From IMG/VR virus record IMGVR_UViG_3300017917_002374, positions 124,001 through 188,000 of that record: 64,000 bases of DNA, one strand, 5' to 3'. The notes under the pieces were generated by a model. The model saw only the letters and a list, made by a program, of their open reading frames with translations. It was not told where the DNA came from and did no database searches. The position numbers and the translations under genes were made by a program. Each line of letters starts with the position of its first letter. Within the stretch, counting starts at the first letter, position 1. Shown here in pieces: positions 63,960 to 64,000 of this stretch.

Positions 63960-64000
63960 TTATTGGCACAGGAATTGATTTGGTAACTATTTCAAGATTT
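63956..64000 (+). CDS. acpS: Holo-ACP synthase N-terminus (3'-truncated)
   Basis: MIIGTGIDLVTISRF matches the AcpS N-terminal GxDxVxIxR signature; ATGA-coupled to desaturase; only 15 codons visible. Confidence 0.7.
   Translation, partial: MIIGTGIDLVTISRF

Noticed and set aside
1-64000. CRISPR array or long tandem repeats
   Set aside because: No regularly spaced direct repeats were seen by eye.
1-64000. Stop-codon reassignment
   Set aside because: TAA, TAG and TGA all end well-coupled genes, long ORFs are intact in the standard code, and there is no CTA/TCA/TTA-anticodon tRNA.
43800-64000. Island as a host-chromosome fragment or prophage junction
   Set aside because: No integrase, att-like repeat or housekeeping operon; genes carry the same TAAATA late-type signals as the core and are coupled to phage-type genes.

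Overview
A 64-kb segment of a large lytic dsDNA tailed phage, most likely a T4-superfamily-like or jumbo myovirus. There are no host housekeeping operons, genes are tightly packed, and it carries both sigma70 promoters and late-type TAAATA promoters. (1) 1-22 kb: replication genes (5'-truncated family B DNA polymerase, sliding clamp, RNase H/5'-3' exonuclease) interleaved with a 7-deazaguanine DNA-modification pathway (TGT-fold DpdA, FolE, QueD, QueE, and a second QueD paralog with the DpdL-type LxxxHRHxF motif) plus sugar-handling enzymes. (2) 22-25 kb: small hypothetical genes. (3) 25.3-29.6 kb: an array of 18 tRNA genes with several non-tRNA structured RNAs, including a roughly 580-nt GOLLD-like RNA. 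It is preceded by an apparent leader-peptide transcription attenuator. (4) 29.6-42.9 kb: phosphatase, MoxR AAA/vWA pair, DHFR, ThyA and an epimerase. (5) 42.9-64 kb: an AT-richer, mixed-orientation island with glycosyltransferase-like genes, radical SAM enzymes, four membrane desaturases, a fatty-acid hydroxylase, HxD..H oxygenase-like paralogs, GNAT-like proteins, an acyl carrier protein, and the start of an AcpS at the window end. The top candidates for undescribed systems are the ribosome-sensing attenuator heading the tRNA array, a preQ1-I-like pseudoknot switch in the queD 5' UTR, and the phage ACP/AcpS/desaturase tailoring cluster. All calls come from motif reading and manual base-pairing; no database searches or folding programs were run.
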